From the human T2T-CHM13v2.0 reference genome, Homo sapiens: a stretch of 64,000 nucleotides of DNA. Shown here piece by piece: positions 12,996-31,138 of this stretch. The stretch lies in NCBI RefSeq assembly GCF_009914755.1, contig NC_060927.1; one strand, 5' to 3'. The position numbers were made by a program, and so were the translations under genes. The notes below the pieces were generated by a model. That model did no database searches. It was not told where the DNA came from and saw only the letters and a list, made by a program, of their open reading frames with translations. Within the stretch, counting starts at the first letter, position 1. Every line of letters starts with the position of its first letter.

Positions 12996-15604
12996 ATACA
13001 GAAAATAAACAAGTGCTAAATAGTTGTTAACTAAATAAGTATTAACTGACAAAGTTCGATTTAAAATAAACACACGTGGATTATTGCTGAAATACAGGCC
13101 AATAATTAAGTTATATTGATTAGAAGTAACTAACTGTCTCAATAACAGTAAACAGAATTTAAATGTAATTCAATCTCTATTAGTAAGTTTGTTGGGAAAC
13201 TTACTTACACGTTGGGAAAACAAGCATTTACAACTGGGAATACATCCAACATCTTAAGAGAAATGCAGGCTTAAATTCTTAAATATTCAATGAATGCTTT
13301 AGGTATGTCCAAAGCTACTGACTAGTCATATGTTGTGCTGAATCATTTTCTGTCAAAAATCAGCAAAATAGGAATAAAAATTCCAAATGAACTTTTTAAA
13401 ACCACCCACATCCACTACACAAATTCATCCATCAAGCCTTTGAGAATCTTCTCTGTGACAACTTGCATAGCACGTGACACAAGGCAAAGATGTACCCATG
13501 ATTAAAGAACCACACTGTAAAGTAGAGAAAATCCACAGATAACACACAATTGTACCAGCCTATATCTAATTCCCAAACATTCTTTCAAGTAAAGGAGTGT
13601 GAAAAAAACAGCTGGGTTCAACATTTTGTCTCTTGAGCACGGATGACTTTGGCAGTGTATTATTAACAATGAAATCTACAGACGTAAGTTCCTTTTTATA
13701 TAATGCACACTTTTTTCCTCATAAAGAGGTGTGTTATCACAGGACTAAAGATAGTTAAAAGTTTTGATATATTATAGTGTCTCTGTCAGCTTTTAAGGTT
13801 ATGTTGTTATTTCAGGAGAAAAAGGAAGAAATCAACAAAGGAAGGACAATTGTAGTTTGAAGAAGGAATGCTTGTGAAAGGGGAAAGAGTGCAAGGCCCA
13901 AAAGTAGTTAGTGCTACTGCAGCAAACCAGGAAGATACTATTAATTTCTATTTAAAGTTACTAAACAAACTGTTTCAGCTTAATTTGATTTATATGCAAG
14001 TAATATTGAATGAAAATTGTGAATTGTTTTAGTGAAAATACACCCACGGAAGAAAGATTTACTTTTCTTAATGAAAAAAGAAAGCTTGGGACCAAAGTTT
14101 CATTCAGACTTAATCATGAGTTGATTCAGATGGAGAATAAAGGCACTGTTTAAATTATCTGTCCTTGGAAAGAAGATGGTTCGGGTTATGGCTCGGTGCA
14201 CAGATCAGCTGGCTGTGGGTAGCAGTGGGTGATGCCTGGCTGTGCAGAGAAGGAAAATTCACTCCACATACTCTCATGGTGGCAAGTGGGTCCATTCTCC
14301 TTTATCAACCTCATCTCTATGCCTGAGTCCTCCCCATCTTGTCAGCCTTATGTTTCTCCCGTGCACTGGAACGTGATTCTCCTCCACTGCCGGGTTTTAC
14401 CCATGCTGCTTTCTGTGCATATATGCTGCCTAAACTGTGCCTGGCTAAACCTCCTCCAGGGAATTTTCCCTAACTCCAGGTGGAAGATGCCCTTCCTTTG
14501 CACCTAGCGCCACAATCACCTGCTACCATGTGGTAGGTCTGTCACCACCTATGCTGTGTAATCCTTTTGGGTAGGGGATGCAATTTAACCAACTCTATTT
14601 TCAGCAATAGTGCTTGGAAGATGCAGTAAATATCTGTGGAATGTTGAAAGGTGGCAACCCAATGTACAACACTAACATAGGTAGAAGAGTCCATTCTGAA
14701 CTCTCAAAAATGACCAAGTACTTTCCAGGGAGGGAGGACTGAAAATAAAGGCAAGAGGGTGATTGAGGTCATATGTGACCAAAACCCCTCTACCTACTAG
14801 TATTCCAAATGACAGAAATTATATATAATATAAACATATAATGTATCCAGTGTGATCAATTATCTATGTACGCTGTGGTTATCATGGCCTTTGGGGACCA
14901 GGAGTACTCTCTGAAATCTCACTGGGCCATGCCAAAGCTTCTCCTGAGGCTAAAGGAGAGCCTGCAAGTCCATCAAGTGTCTTAATACAGTGTGTAGGTA
15001 GACCTGTCTGAGAAGCAGCTCATTCTACAAAGTAGAGTACAAGCCCTGCCCCCTGGTAAATCTCACAACAAAGACAACACCCAAGATGCCAGGGGCCTTT
15101 CTGACAAGTGAAGGTTGGCAGGAAAAGGCACTCAGTGGCTAACAGTCAAGCCTATGTTTTATCAAGCCAAGAGGAAGTTATATACCCTCAAAATAACTTT
15201 AACGTTATTCTGCTCACTATTTTCAGCTATACAGGGAATACATCCTTTCTCCCCCTGCTAGACTAAGGGTACAAAATTTTTTCCTAAGAGATAAGGACAC
15301 ATTTTATTTTAACACAGCAGCAATAACATTATTGGCCTGAAAACATTTAAACAATAATTTTTAAATACCATCTAATATCCAGCCAGTCTTCAAATTTCTC
15401 CAACTCCCTCATGAATATCATTTGATATTTGATTTGTTTGAATCAGGATTCAGATAAGGTCCATATATGGTATTTAGTTTATACGTCTTCTAAATCTCTG
15501 TGGAATTTTATAGTTTCCAATTTCTCTTACTATTTATTTCTTGTGTCTTTTGCCCTAAAGAATGTATTGTATCTTATGTATAACTGAAGCAACCTTGTGG
15601 AGTC

Positions 15605-16774
15605 TTTTTTTTTTTTTTTTAAAGTTTGATGTTTTTTACTGAGGTATAACTGACACACAATAAAGTGCATATCTTTAAAGGGTATATTTGATAGGTTTTG
15701 ACATACGTATATACCCCTGAAACCCACACCACAAGTAAGATAATGAACATAACCATTATCCTCTCTTTTTGCACTTACTGTAGATTAATTTATATTTTCT
15801 AGAATTTTATGTAAACAGAATTCATATACTATATACTCTTTTTGGTCTGACTTTTTTCACTTAGCATAATTATTTCAAAATTCATGTCTACTGCTGGTTC
15901 ATTCCTTTTTATTGCTGAATACTATTCCGTTGTATGCATAAACCACAATCTGTTTAACTATTCACATGTTGATGGATATTTGGCTTATTTCCAGTTTGAG
16001 GCTACTATAATTAAAGCTGCTCTGAACATTCATGCACAAGTATTTGCATTTGCTTTCATTTCTCTTGTGTAAATAGAAATAGAATGGCTGAATCATACAG
16101 TAATATAGTAAACACACATTTAACTTTTTTTTTTTGAGACAGGATGTCACTCTGTTGTCCTGATATCACCGTCTTATAACTCCACATCTTGTCCCACTAG
16201 AAGGTCTGTAGGGGCAGAAATACGCATGGAGCTGTCATCTATGACATTGTGCAGTGGTGCAATCATAGCTCACTATGGTTTTGAACTCTTAGACTCATGT
16301 AATCCTCTTGCCTCAGCATCCTGAGTAGCTAGGACCACAGGCATGTACTGCAATGCTTGGCTATTTTTTTTTCCAATTTTTGTAGAGATAGGATCTTGCT
16401 ATGTCGCCCAGGTTGGGCTCAAGCCATCCTCTCACCTCAGACTCCCAAAGTGTTGAGATTACAGGCATGAGCCATGCAATTGGCCATATTTAACTTTTAA
16501 GAAACTGCGAAGTTATTTTCCACAGCCATTCCACTATTTACATCCCCACCAACAGTGTATGAAAATTCCAATTGCTTCAGGTCCTTAGCCATACTTGGTA
16601 TAATCAATTTTTAATTTTAGTCATTCTAATAGGGGTCCAGTGGTATCTCACCGTGATCTTCATCTGCATTTCCCTAATGCTATTGAGCATCTTTCCATAT
16701 ACTAATAGTTCATCCATATGTCTTCTTTGGTGAAGTGTCTGTTCAAATATTTGGCCCAGTTTTTCACTGGGTTA

Positions 16775-16780
<6 letters not shown>
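15605..16780 (-). mobile_element. L1M (L1MB-like) 3' region interrupted by an AluJ
   Basis: T-run then tgaggtataactgacacacaataaagtgca..; ttgctgaatactattccgttgtatg; gaaactgc..ttttccacag. Confidence 0.8.
16125..16485 (-). mobile_element. AluJ carrying an internal Tigger3-derived insert
   Basis: Divergent Alu with TSD ATTTAACTTTT (16118-16128, 16488-16498); non-Alu insert at about 16161-16248. Confidence 0.9.
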
Positions 16781-17790
<1,010 letters not shown>

Positions 17791-17857
17791 GAAGTGTTCT
17801 AAACATATCTAAACACAGAAAAGGTACAGTAAAAAACATGGTATAAAAGATAAACAC

Positions 17858-18283
<426 letters not shown>

Positions 18284-18994
18284 AACAGTATACTTTTATA
18301 GGGCACTTACCATGAATGGAGCTGCAGGACTGGAAGTTGCTCTGGGTGAATCAAGGCGTGAGTAAATGTGAAGGACTACAATATTACTGTAGACTCCTAT
18401 AGACTTTATAAACACTGTTTATTTAAACTACGCTAAATTTTTAAAAATATTTTTCTTTCTTCAATAATAAATTAACTTTAGCTTACTATAACTTTTTTAC
18501 TTTATAAACTTGACAACTTTTTAAACTTTTGGATTCTTTTGTAATTATACTTAGCTTAAAACACAAACATTGTACAGATGTATAAAAATATTTTTCTTCA
18601 TATCCTTATCCTGTAAGTTTTATTTTTAAATGTTTACTTTGTAAATTTTGTTAGAAATTAAGATACAAACACACAGATTAGCCAAGGCCTACACATGATC
18701 AGGATCATCAATATCACCATCTTCTACTTCCACATCTTGTCCCACTAGAAGGTCTGCAGGGGCAGAAACATGCATGGAGCTGTCATCTATGATAACAATG
18801 CCTTCTTCTGGAATTCTTTCTGAAGGAGCTGCCTGAGGCTCTTTTACAGTTAACTTTTTTTTTAAATAAACAGAAGAAATAGACTCTAAAATAAGGATAA
18901 AAGTATAGTATAGTAAATACATAAATCAGTAACTTAGTCATTTATTACCATTATCAATTATTATGTACTGTATATAATAGTATATGCTAGACTT

Positions 18995-19293
18995 AATTGG
19001 TCGATTGATTGATTGATTGAGACAGAGTCTCACTCTGTCGCCCAGGCTGGAGTGCAGTAGCTCAATCTCAGCTCACTGCAACCTCTGCCTCCCAGGTTCA
19101 AGCAATTCCCTGCCTGAGCCTCCCAAGTAGCTGGGATTACAGGTGCGTGCCACCAGGCCTGGCTAATTTTTGTATTTTTAGTAGAGATGGGATTTCACCA
19201 TCTTGGCCAGGCTGGTCTTGAACTCTTGACCTCCTGATCTGCCTGCATTGGCCTCCCAAAGTGCTGGACAGGTGTGAACCACCATGCCCGGCC
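18995..19293 (-). mobile_element. AluS with (ATTG)n tail
   Basis: TSD TATGCTAGACTT at 18983-18994 and 19294-19305. Confidence 0.96.
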
Positions 19294-19539
19294 TATGCTA
19301 GACTTTTTAGACTTTTATATGATTAGTTATGCAGTAGGTTTGTTTACACCAGCGTCACCACAAACACAAGTAATGCCTTGAGCCACGATGCTATAACGTC
19401 ACTGGTCAATAGGAATTTTTCAACTCCATTACAATCTTATCAGACCACTGTCATACATATGGTCTGTTATTTGCTAAAATGTCATAGTGTGGCAAATTAT
19501 TGTATTTGTTTTCTTCTGCTTATTTTGTTTTTCATCTGT

Positions 19540-22025
<2,486 letters not shown>

Positions 22026-22073
22026 AGAGACTTTAAATCTTTTGTCACAGAACACCAAATTGTCCTCAAAATT

Positions 22074-22117
22074 TATCCTATTACTACCAGTACAGTCCTA
22101 CTGGTAGTAATAGGATA
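22074..22117. repeat. Perfect 19-bp inverted repeat with 6-nt spacer
   Basis: TATCCTATTACTACCAGTA-cagtcc-TACTGGTAGTAATAGGATA. Confidence 0.97.
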
Positions 22118-22922
22118 TCACTTTTACTTTTTCAATAAAAATATGTTTCTAAAATAAAGACATTTCCTTTAAAATGAACTAATACTTGTGCATTATTTCT
22201 TTGAAGAAATAATTTCCATGTTACTCAAATACTTTTTGCTATGTTAAAAGTAAATAGGGATGGATTCTGGTATAAAAACAATGTCCTTAAAGGCAAACTT
22301 TTTACAAACAATATAGAAACACAAAATACATATATGAATACATAATACATTCATAAATATACAAGTAAATAATTTCATATATACTCGATAGCAACAGATA
22401 CATTATTTATATTCTTTAGAAACAATCATGCAGATTACAAATGTCACTTTACTCCTTTAATAATGAAATAGAAAGTCAAGCAGGTGAAATATCCTCAGAT
22501 TATATATTTCCAGCTGATTAAATATTCCTGTCAAAGTCATGCCATCTGTATTGGAAATGCCCTATATACAAGATTATTAATTTGTAATAATCTAAGATCT
22601 ATTCTTTAAAATGAGAAAATGTCAAAATGCCCATTATCAAGCATTTTCTTACCCTCTGAAGAGTATCAGGAGCTTTCTAAGGCACATGCTACCTATTCAT
22701 CTGGCTGTGTAGGTAGATGTTGGGAGTACCAGGAAGGATGCCCTGATTGTGGCACAGGTTCTGTAGAGGGCCTGTTGTCGTTCATTGCCAATGTGAGGTG
22801 GGCAGGGAGGGGAGACCTTGAGATGTGTTCAGCTCTATGGCAAGGGGTATGACTTGTACATATGTCACAAGACTATAAGCATCAACCCTTTGAATATGAT
22901 GAAAAAAATATGCCACTAGTTA

Positions 22923-23213
<291 letters not shown>

Positions 23214-23619
23214 TTAGCACTGAGACAATTATCCAGATCAGTCTCTCTAAACCACACACAGACCATTACTTCTCACTTGTAAGATGACTGAGGAGGCCAT
23301 TAAAACAACGTTTAAGGAGGGTTGGCCATGGGCCATGAAGTATGCCAAGTGCTATGCCAAGGCGTATCCTTCTCTTGCCAAGTCCTTTTTAACGACCCTG
23401 AGTGGTTACTCATACAGCTCAGGGACCTTAGAAGCTACTGGGCCAGGACTGGAACCAAGGCAGCCTGATCCCAGAACCCATGTTCTATTCTGAACCTCTA
23501 TATCCTCCTTGAGCTCTGACAGATCACCACGGGGTCAGAAGGAGGGCTAGAAGACTCCCGTAGTGCCATCTCTGGTAGTCCTAATAGATCTCACAAGGTC
23601 CTAGAGTAGATTAGCACTT

Positions 23620-23965
23620 TTAAAACACTTTTTATTTTGAAACAATTTCAGACTTATTGGAAAAAAGTTACAAAATTTATACAAAATGTTTTATACTCTT
23701 TATCCAGATTCCCCAATGTTAACATTTTACCACACTTGCTTTATCACTCTCTTTCCACACACATACATACCTGTTTATAAATATTTTTTCTGAAATGTTT
23801 GAGAGTAAGTCATAGACATAAAATCTCTTTACTTCTAAATACTTCAGTATGTGTTTTCTCAGAATGAATACACTTTGTTACATAACTGCAGAACAATGAT
23901 TAAAATCAGGAAACCAACATTGTTACTGGACTATTATCTAATGTGCAGACTGTATTCTGATCTCA
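23620..23965 (-). mobile_element. Old L1 3' end (L1MC/ME-like)
   Basis: ttttattttgaaacaatttcagactta..aaagttacaaaa..ccagattcccc..taaatacttcagtatgtg. Confidence 0.75.
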
Positions 23966-24119
23966 CCTATTGTCCTTTATCTGGGGCCCAAGCATTTTGA
24001 GAGGGTGCAGCCCACCCTCTGGTCTCACCCTGTTGAGGTTAAAGGTGAGAAGGAAACAGCCCAGGCTCCAGGGCAGGCTGGCAGACACGGCTCTCTTGCC
24101 TCTGAGATGCTGCCTCCTC

Positions 24120-24312
24120 GAGGTGGGACTTGGTTGACCCCTAGTTCTACCTCTCACTGGCTGTGAGGCCTAGGGCAAATCACAGACCCTCTCTGAGCCT
24201 CAGGTTTCTAACCTGCAAGATGGGGATAATGTTACTTACTCTTACAAGGTTATAGTGAGGATAGTTACATATGGAAAGTGCCTGATACGTAAGAAGCATT
24301 TAATAAATAATC
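24120..24312 (+). mobile_element. MIR
   Basis: gggcaaatcac..ctctctgagcctcaggtttctaacctgcaagatggggataat. Confidence 0.85.
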
Positions 24313-24407
24313 ACTGTGGCTGTGGTGATGATGATGACAATGGTGAGAAAGGTGCTGCTACTGCTGACCCTAATGGAGCAGGAGGAGAAAGGAGATGGTG
24401 GTGTGTC

Positions 24408-24943
24408 TGTGGTAGGCAGTGTTTAAGATGGCTCCCAATGATCCTTTTAGTATTCACTGGTAATCTCATCCCTTAAGTATAGGCTGAAACTTGCTTACAA
24501 CAAACAGAATACAGCAGTAGTGGTTACCACTTCTGAGATAAGGTTACCAAAGGCCCCTGGCTTCCCTCTTGCTCACCTCTTTTGCTTTCTTACTTGCTCA
24601 CCCTGATGCAGCCAGCAGGCAGGTTGTGAGCTGCCCCGTGGAGATGCCCATGGGCCCAGGAAGTGAGAGAGACCTCTGGTGGCCAACAGCCAGTGAGGAA
24701 CTGGATCTGCCAAAAACTATGTGCATGAGTGTGGGTGTGATCTTTCCCCAGTCAAGTTTTCAGATGTGATTGCAGCCCTGCGAACACTGACTGAAGCTTT
24801 ATAAGATAGGCTTTATAAGTTAAATTATATCTGAATTCACGACCCACAGAAACTGTGAGATAATAAATAAAAATAATAAATAAATGTGTTATCTTAAGCT
24901 GCTACATTTTGATGTAATTGGTTATGCAGTAATAGATAATACA
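24408..24943 (+). mobile_element. MaLR solo LTR (MLT1E/F-like)
   Basis: TGTGGTAGGCAG..aagatggctcccaatgatcc.. to ..gcagtaatagataatACA. Confidence 0.85.
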
Positions 24944-25341
24944 GAAACCAATGGGAGGAATGCATTTATTGCCTTTATTATTCATCTTGCTGTGATGGTC
25001 TTAGCTGTAATCCTGCAGTTCTGGGGGCAACATGTAGAGTGCTCAGTCACAGGAACCTGGGACCCTGCTTATATCAAAGGAAACTGTTTCAACTTGGCCC
25101 ATGTTATCTCCTTCTCCAGGCTTTCATCCAGTTTCCTACTTTATATTCTAGCAACAATGAACTACCTATTAGGACTTCTTTGTGAGATCTTCATGGCTTC
25201 CTGCTTCAACCTTCTGTACAGGCTATTTTGGTTTCCTCCAACCAGAAAACCCCCCGGCACATCCCAATATGTTAAGATCCAATTCATATGATCACATTAT
25301 TTATTACTTCATCACTATTTATCAATTACCTGCTAGGTACC

Positions 25342-25780
25342 TATATCAGTTAGGGATATATTAGCTGCAAATACCAGAAGCCTAACCTCAGTGGTCTAAA
25401 CAAAGAGAGGTTCATTTGTTTCTAACATGACAAAAAGTCTGGAAGTAGGCACCTAATGACATGAAATCATGGGCTCAACAATGACCTACAATTCTTTCAG
25501 TTTCTGTCTCATGGTCACATCATAACCTCAATAAAGGCAAGAAGGAGGAGCAAGAAGCTGTACTAGATTGGCTATTCCTCTTAATCAAGAACACAAGAGC
25601 TTTTTTAGAACCTCCTGTAGATTTTGCTTCTGTCTCATTGGCCAGAACTAGGTTACATGGCCACTGTAGCTACAACAGAGGCCAGAAAAGGCATCTATTT
25701 AGCTTGACAGCCTCTCCAGTGAGAACAGTAAGGGAAAGGGGATTGGAAACTGGATTAACTAATTCACTGTGGCTGCCACA
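25342..25780 (-). mobile_element. Old MaLR LTR (MLT1J/K-like)
   Basis: tatcagttagg..gctgcaaataccagaagcctaac; tctcattggccagaactaggttacatggccac. Confidence 0.7.
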
Positions 25781-27359
25781 GAGTTGGGGATACAAGTGTC
25801 TGGGACTTGGGAGGGTGGAAGGCTGCTGAGATGGCTTCTTTGACATCTAGCTTAGGTTAACTCATCTCTGACTTACCTTTAATAAACCACAAGCGACATT
25901 TTATTGAAAAAGCCTGCTTATGTGTCTTTCCTATCCACTGGACAGTAAACCCTTTAGGAAGGGAAGTGGTGTTTTCTCCTTCTTGGGATTTCAGCTCGAA
26001 GCACAGAGCCTGGCCCAGAGTAGGGATCAGTGAAGACTGAAACAGGGCACTGGCAGGCTGGAGGGCATGTACTCTGAGCTACAGTGTGAAGATGAAAAGC
26101 TCTCAGCCTAGGCGGGCCGTGGTCTCTCCATACTTCCTTTGAGGCAGCAGGAATACCCCCAACTGTGTGGGAAGAAAGCAGTCAACAAGCTGCTGCTAGC
26201 TTTTTCCCAGGGAGGTTGGATGGTTTAATGAGATATTTGCAAAGTGTGCCAAGCTATTCACAAGAGCAGCCTCGTGATGACTGTATCTGAAAAGGTGGCT
26301 GTTTTTTTTTTACAACTGTTATGAAGTCTTTCAAAATCCTGTTTCATTTTGACAAAATATACATTGTTAGCACCATTAAAATATGTAACAGCATCTCAGG
26401 TAACCTGGGGCTCTCATCCATTTTTCCAAAAGTTCCCAGAAACTATAAATTAGAACAATTTGTTTGAATGGTGGCATCAACAGCAATGAAGTGTGATGCT
26501 GAGAAGGAGAATAAATGACCTTTAATAAGTGCCTCTCTTTCTTTTTTTGCTGTGGGCATACTGAGCCACACTGTTCTAGTGGTGACTGTGCTATGTCTGG
26601 GCCATATCGCAGGCTGAAGGACACAGGAGTGCACATTCCCAGGATCAGTAACAGGGTCAGTGCACCTGTACCATGTGTACACTCAAATTTGCTTCAACTA
26701 AGTACCCTCCCAAGCCAAACCCAGCGAAATACAGTGATAGGGCTAAAATGGAATCACTCCAGGGATCCACCAGGACAATAAACTGGCTCTAATTTGAGTG
26801 CAAATCTCATCAGACACAAGGCAAGATGCATGCTATAAAAGTGTCCCATCTGCCCTTATCATCTAATAATATCTAGTGAGACGGAGCAAGTGAGGGAGAC
26901 TTCTGCTATTGGGGAAGGCTTCTCATCAATAAGCATTTAATGGAGGCCAGAGAGTGATAATTGCAGCTGAAGGATTTAACAAGTTGAGAATGTGGTGTAC
27001 AGGCTTGTTGGAATTTATCATTAAACTGGAGACAAGGCAAACAGGTTCTACCTTTGGCTCCCGCCCCCTCCCCAGCTTACTGCCTCCCACTCCATAGTCA
27101 TCTAGACAGCATTTCATCCCACTCCTCAAGCACAACATGCTGCTTCTGCAAAAGCAGTCATGACCACCTGAAACGCCATCCTGATGATCTGCCTTCAAGG
27201 TTTTCTCCCTGGAATATTTACCTCCCCGCTACTGCCCTCACCACCATGCTAACTCTGTACTTGTTACATATTTTATCACCTTTTTGTTTCTTCACCAGAG
27301 AACTGTCATTTTTTTAATGCATGTTGCTCTTCTCCAAGTGGAAGATAATATCTTAGAGG

Positions 27360-27474
27360 TTTTTTATTTTTTATTTGTTTTTTTAAGAGACAGGGTCCCA
27401 CTTTGTTGTCCAGTTTGGAGTGCAGTGGCATAATCATAGCTCACTGCAGCCTCAGACTCCTGGGCTCAAGTGAT
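27360..27474 (-). mobile_element. Alu monomer fragment (FLAM/AluJ arm)
   Basis: agagacagggtc..gagtgcagtggcataatcatagctcactgcagcctc..ctgggctcaagtgat. Confidence 0.88.
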
Positions 27475-28195
27475 TAGAGAGTGGTTTTTAAATTCATCTT
27501 GGTCCTTTCAACTCCTAGCACTGTGCCTGGCACCAATAGGTACTCAGGAAATGTGTGTGGAAAGAACAACAGAGTCAGTGTCTATCCCTGACCAAGTATT
27601 TTTGTCAGATGTCTACCTCCTCTCTTTGGTTCTGTCCCAGTCAATGGAATGAGCCTTCCAGAGATATAAAGTGAACTTTCTGGCTCCCTGAAGGCACACA
27701 AGATCCCTCCCCAAAGCCCCACTTCACCCGACTCAATCTGAAACTTAAAAAAGACATCCTTGCCTATTGGGCCCTCTTTACCACCATGATCCTGTCAACA
27801 GGGATATGCTGGCCTCCTGCACATTGACACCAAGGTCATCCCTCTGCCCTACAGAACTGGAGGTTGATGGCTGTCCATTTGCCAAGACAGTCCAGACAAT
27901 TCCTTCCAGATTTTACTGCCTAGACATTGCTCACTGCACTGGTTTTCAGAGTCCGTCCAGTTTCTCTACAACAGCCTGGTCTCTGGCACTGCCCTGACTG
28001 CCATCTACTCAGTGGACAACTGCTTATTAAGCATCTACTAGTGGCCAGGCCCTCTACTGGACAGTAGGATGCAATAGGAGGCAATGCAGATGCAGCCCTC
28101 ACCCTCAAAGAGCTTCCAGTCATCTATGGGAAGGACAATTCAATAGGCAATAACCCCCAGGGTAAGGGATCAGGGCTCAGGGCTTAACACCTCAC

Positions 28196-28976
<781 letters not shown>

Positions 28977-28999
28977 CCCATCTTTTTAGCGGCAGGCTG

Positions 29000-29330
29000 T
29001 CAGAAGGGACCTTCCAGCTAAAGCAAGAATGGAGAGGGAATTGAGATGCTGGGGAAGATAGTGAATACTGTGTCAGGCACAAGGCACAGCGCTGCGAAGG
29101 CCTAGACACAGCAGCTGAAGGTGGGAGGTGAGCTGAAAGATGTCAGTATGGCTCACGTGTAGGCAGGAGCTGATGTGTGAGTGGCTCAAGATGAAGCTGC
29201 AGAGAGTGGAAGGATCACGAGGGACCCTGGGTGCCTATGGAGTTTAGATTTTATCCTATGGGCAAGGAGGAAGCCTCTGAACGATTTTAAACAGGGATGT
29301 GACTTGCTCAGTCTGTGTTTCAGAAAGAGC
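29000..29330 (-). mobile_element. L2 fragment
   Basis: agatgaagctgcagag..ggagtttagattttatcct..gaagcctctgaacgattttaaacaggg..tgac. Confidence 0.7.
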
Positions 29331-29564
29331 ACTCAAGTGCATCCGCAAGTTTCAGGGACAGTGGGTACATCAGAAAGTCTCAGGACGGCCCCAGCTGCCC
29401 TCAGGTCTTTCTGGCTGGAGAAGGTCAGACGGCCTCCATCTTCCTGGAATATGGCCTCTTCCGCCTGCTCACATCTCACTTGGCTCACCACGTAATGTGA
29501 TGCTGGCCAATACTCCATGTGTATTAAGTTCTAACCTAGTGTGCACCCCTCAGCCCATTTGTCA

Positions 29565-30040
29565 CAGGCCGTCGCGGAGGCACAGTAAGGAAGGCGACCC
29601 GGGAAGGTTAAGTGCCGTCACTGCAGATGTAACGTGCAAATGCTCATCGCTTGGGAGGCAGTCAATTTACCTTTCCCTGCGGTGAGCATTTGTAACGGGC
29701 CCAGGCCCGGGAAAGTGGCTGAAAACATCCCTGTTTATTATAGACATAAAGCAGATGGCTTCAGGCAGAATGGAAATGGATTCTACAAACATCTTTTATT
29801 ACACAGACCTCTTGACCAGACTCCTCATCTTAAAGAAAACACAAGTCGTGGTTTGTATGTGGGGCTGACGACCACATTTTTCAGGACTCGGTGAAATCAT
29901 TTCCATCTGTGTGAGCGTGTCGACTTCTCTAGGGCAATCAACCTTCATGCGATCTCCAGTACTTTTTCTTTTTAACCCGCTGTTGCTACGGGCACACAAT
30001 GCTGCTAAAAACAAAAGCAAAGCATACCTTCCTTGTCGGT
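29565..30040. promoter_or_regulatory. CpG-enriched intronic patch; candidate enhancer or alternative promoter/exon
   Basis: 11 CpGs counted in 29570-29710 and about 8 more up to 30040, against a CpG-poor background; minus-strand donor AAG|GTAAAT at 29671/29670. Confidence 0.45.
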
Positions 30041-31138
30041 GTAAGGATCCTCTGCCAGCCACCCCTTGGAGGAAACAAACATGTCAATTAAGCATTCATC
30101 CTAATTATGAGACTCCCAGGAAAGCAGGCAGCCCACTCTTTAGTTTCGAGAAATTTCAAAAGATTTGAAGGAGCACAAGGCGTGGAATGAGATCTCTTGC
30201 AATGCCATACTCATAATTTGGGACTAGTTTCAATTGCCACAATAAAGTACGTCTGAGTAACTACTACTGGGTTTATTGAGTAATAGGCTAGGCACTGTGC
30301 TAAAAACTTCACACACATCAATGCTAATTCTTTCAACACACCTGGAAGGGAAGGGTTTGTGCTTGCTTTCTGGTAAAGAGTCCAATCAACCTCCCTAAGG
30401 CTCAGTGAGCCACATAGAAAGTGGAGATAATTATATCTACCTCTTAGAACTTTCATGAGGGTTATTGGAGGTGACCTGTCTAGCACAGTACCTGGCCCAT
30501 AGAGGGTTCTCTAGAAATATTAGCTCCTTTGTCTTTCATTGTGTTTAAAACATAATTTGTCACTCCCTATACCAGCTTCCAGGAGGTTCTTTACCTTGTT
30601 TGAAAAAGACCTCCCATTTTTCTAGTTACCTAAGACCTGGCAGCCCTTGGACACACATTCGGCATCCTTCTACCTATTAGGCAGCTTGCTCAGGCCAGCT
30701 CAGCCTGGGAGATGTCACCACTGAAGGGTGCTGATGAGGAAGGTCAAGCCCAAGTACCAATGCTGTGTAGTCTTTTGTCTAGCTCCAAGAAAACAACCCT
30801 CCTCTAAGCATCTCTTGTCCCTGGAATTCAGAGTCAATATTGAAAAACACATGAACAGACAGTCTAATATCATTCTGGTAGAAGTAAAATTTTCTGATGA
30901 AAAATAAATATGCCTAAAATCATAGCTGATCTGTCAACATGGACAAAGAAGGCAGAAGAGGGGGTTAGAAGGTGAGGAGTATTTTGGGTCTGCTGTTAGG
31001 AATGCAAATAGCAGAAAATTAAAAACACAACCTACCAGCTACTGTGCTAGTGCCTCGGAGATAGAGGAGTAAATAAAATCTGTTCCTGTCCTCAAGAAGG
31101 TTATAATCTAGCAGGAAGAACAAGCATCAAGGACCTCT

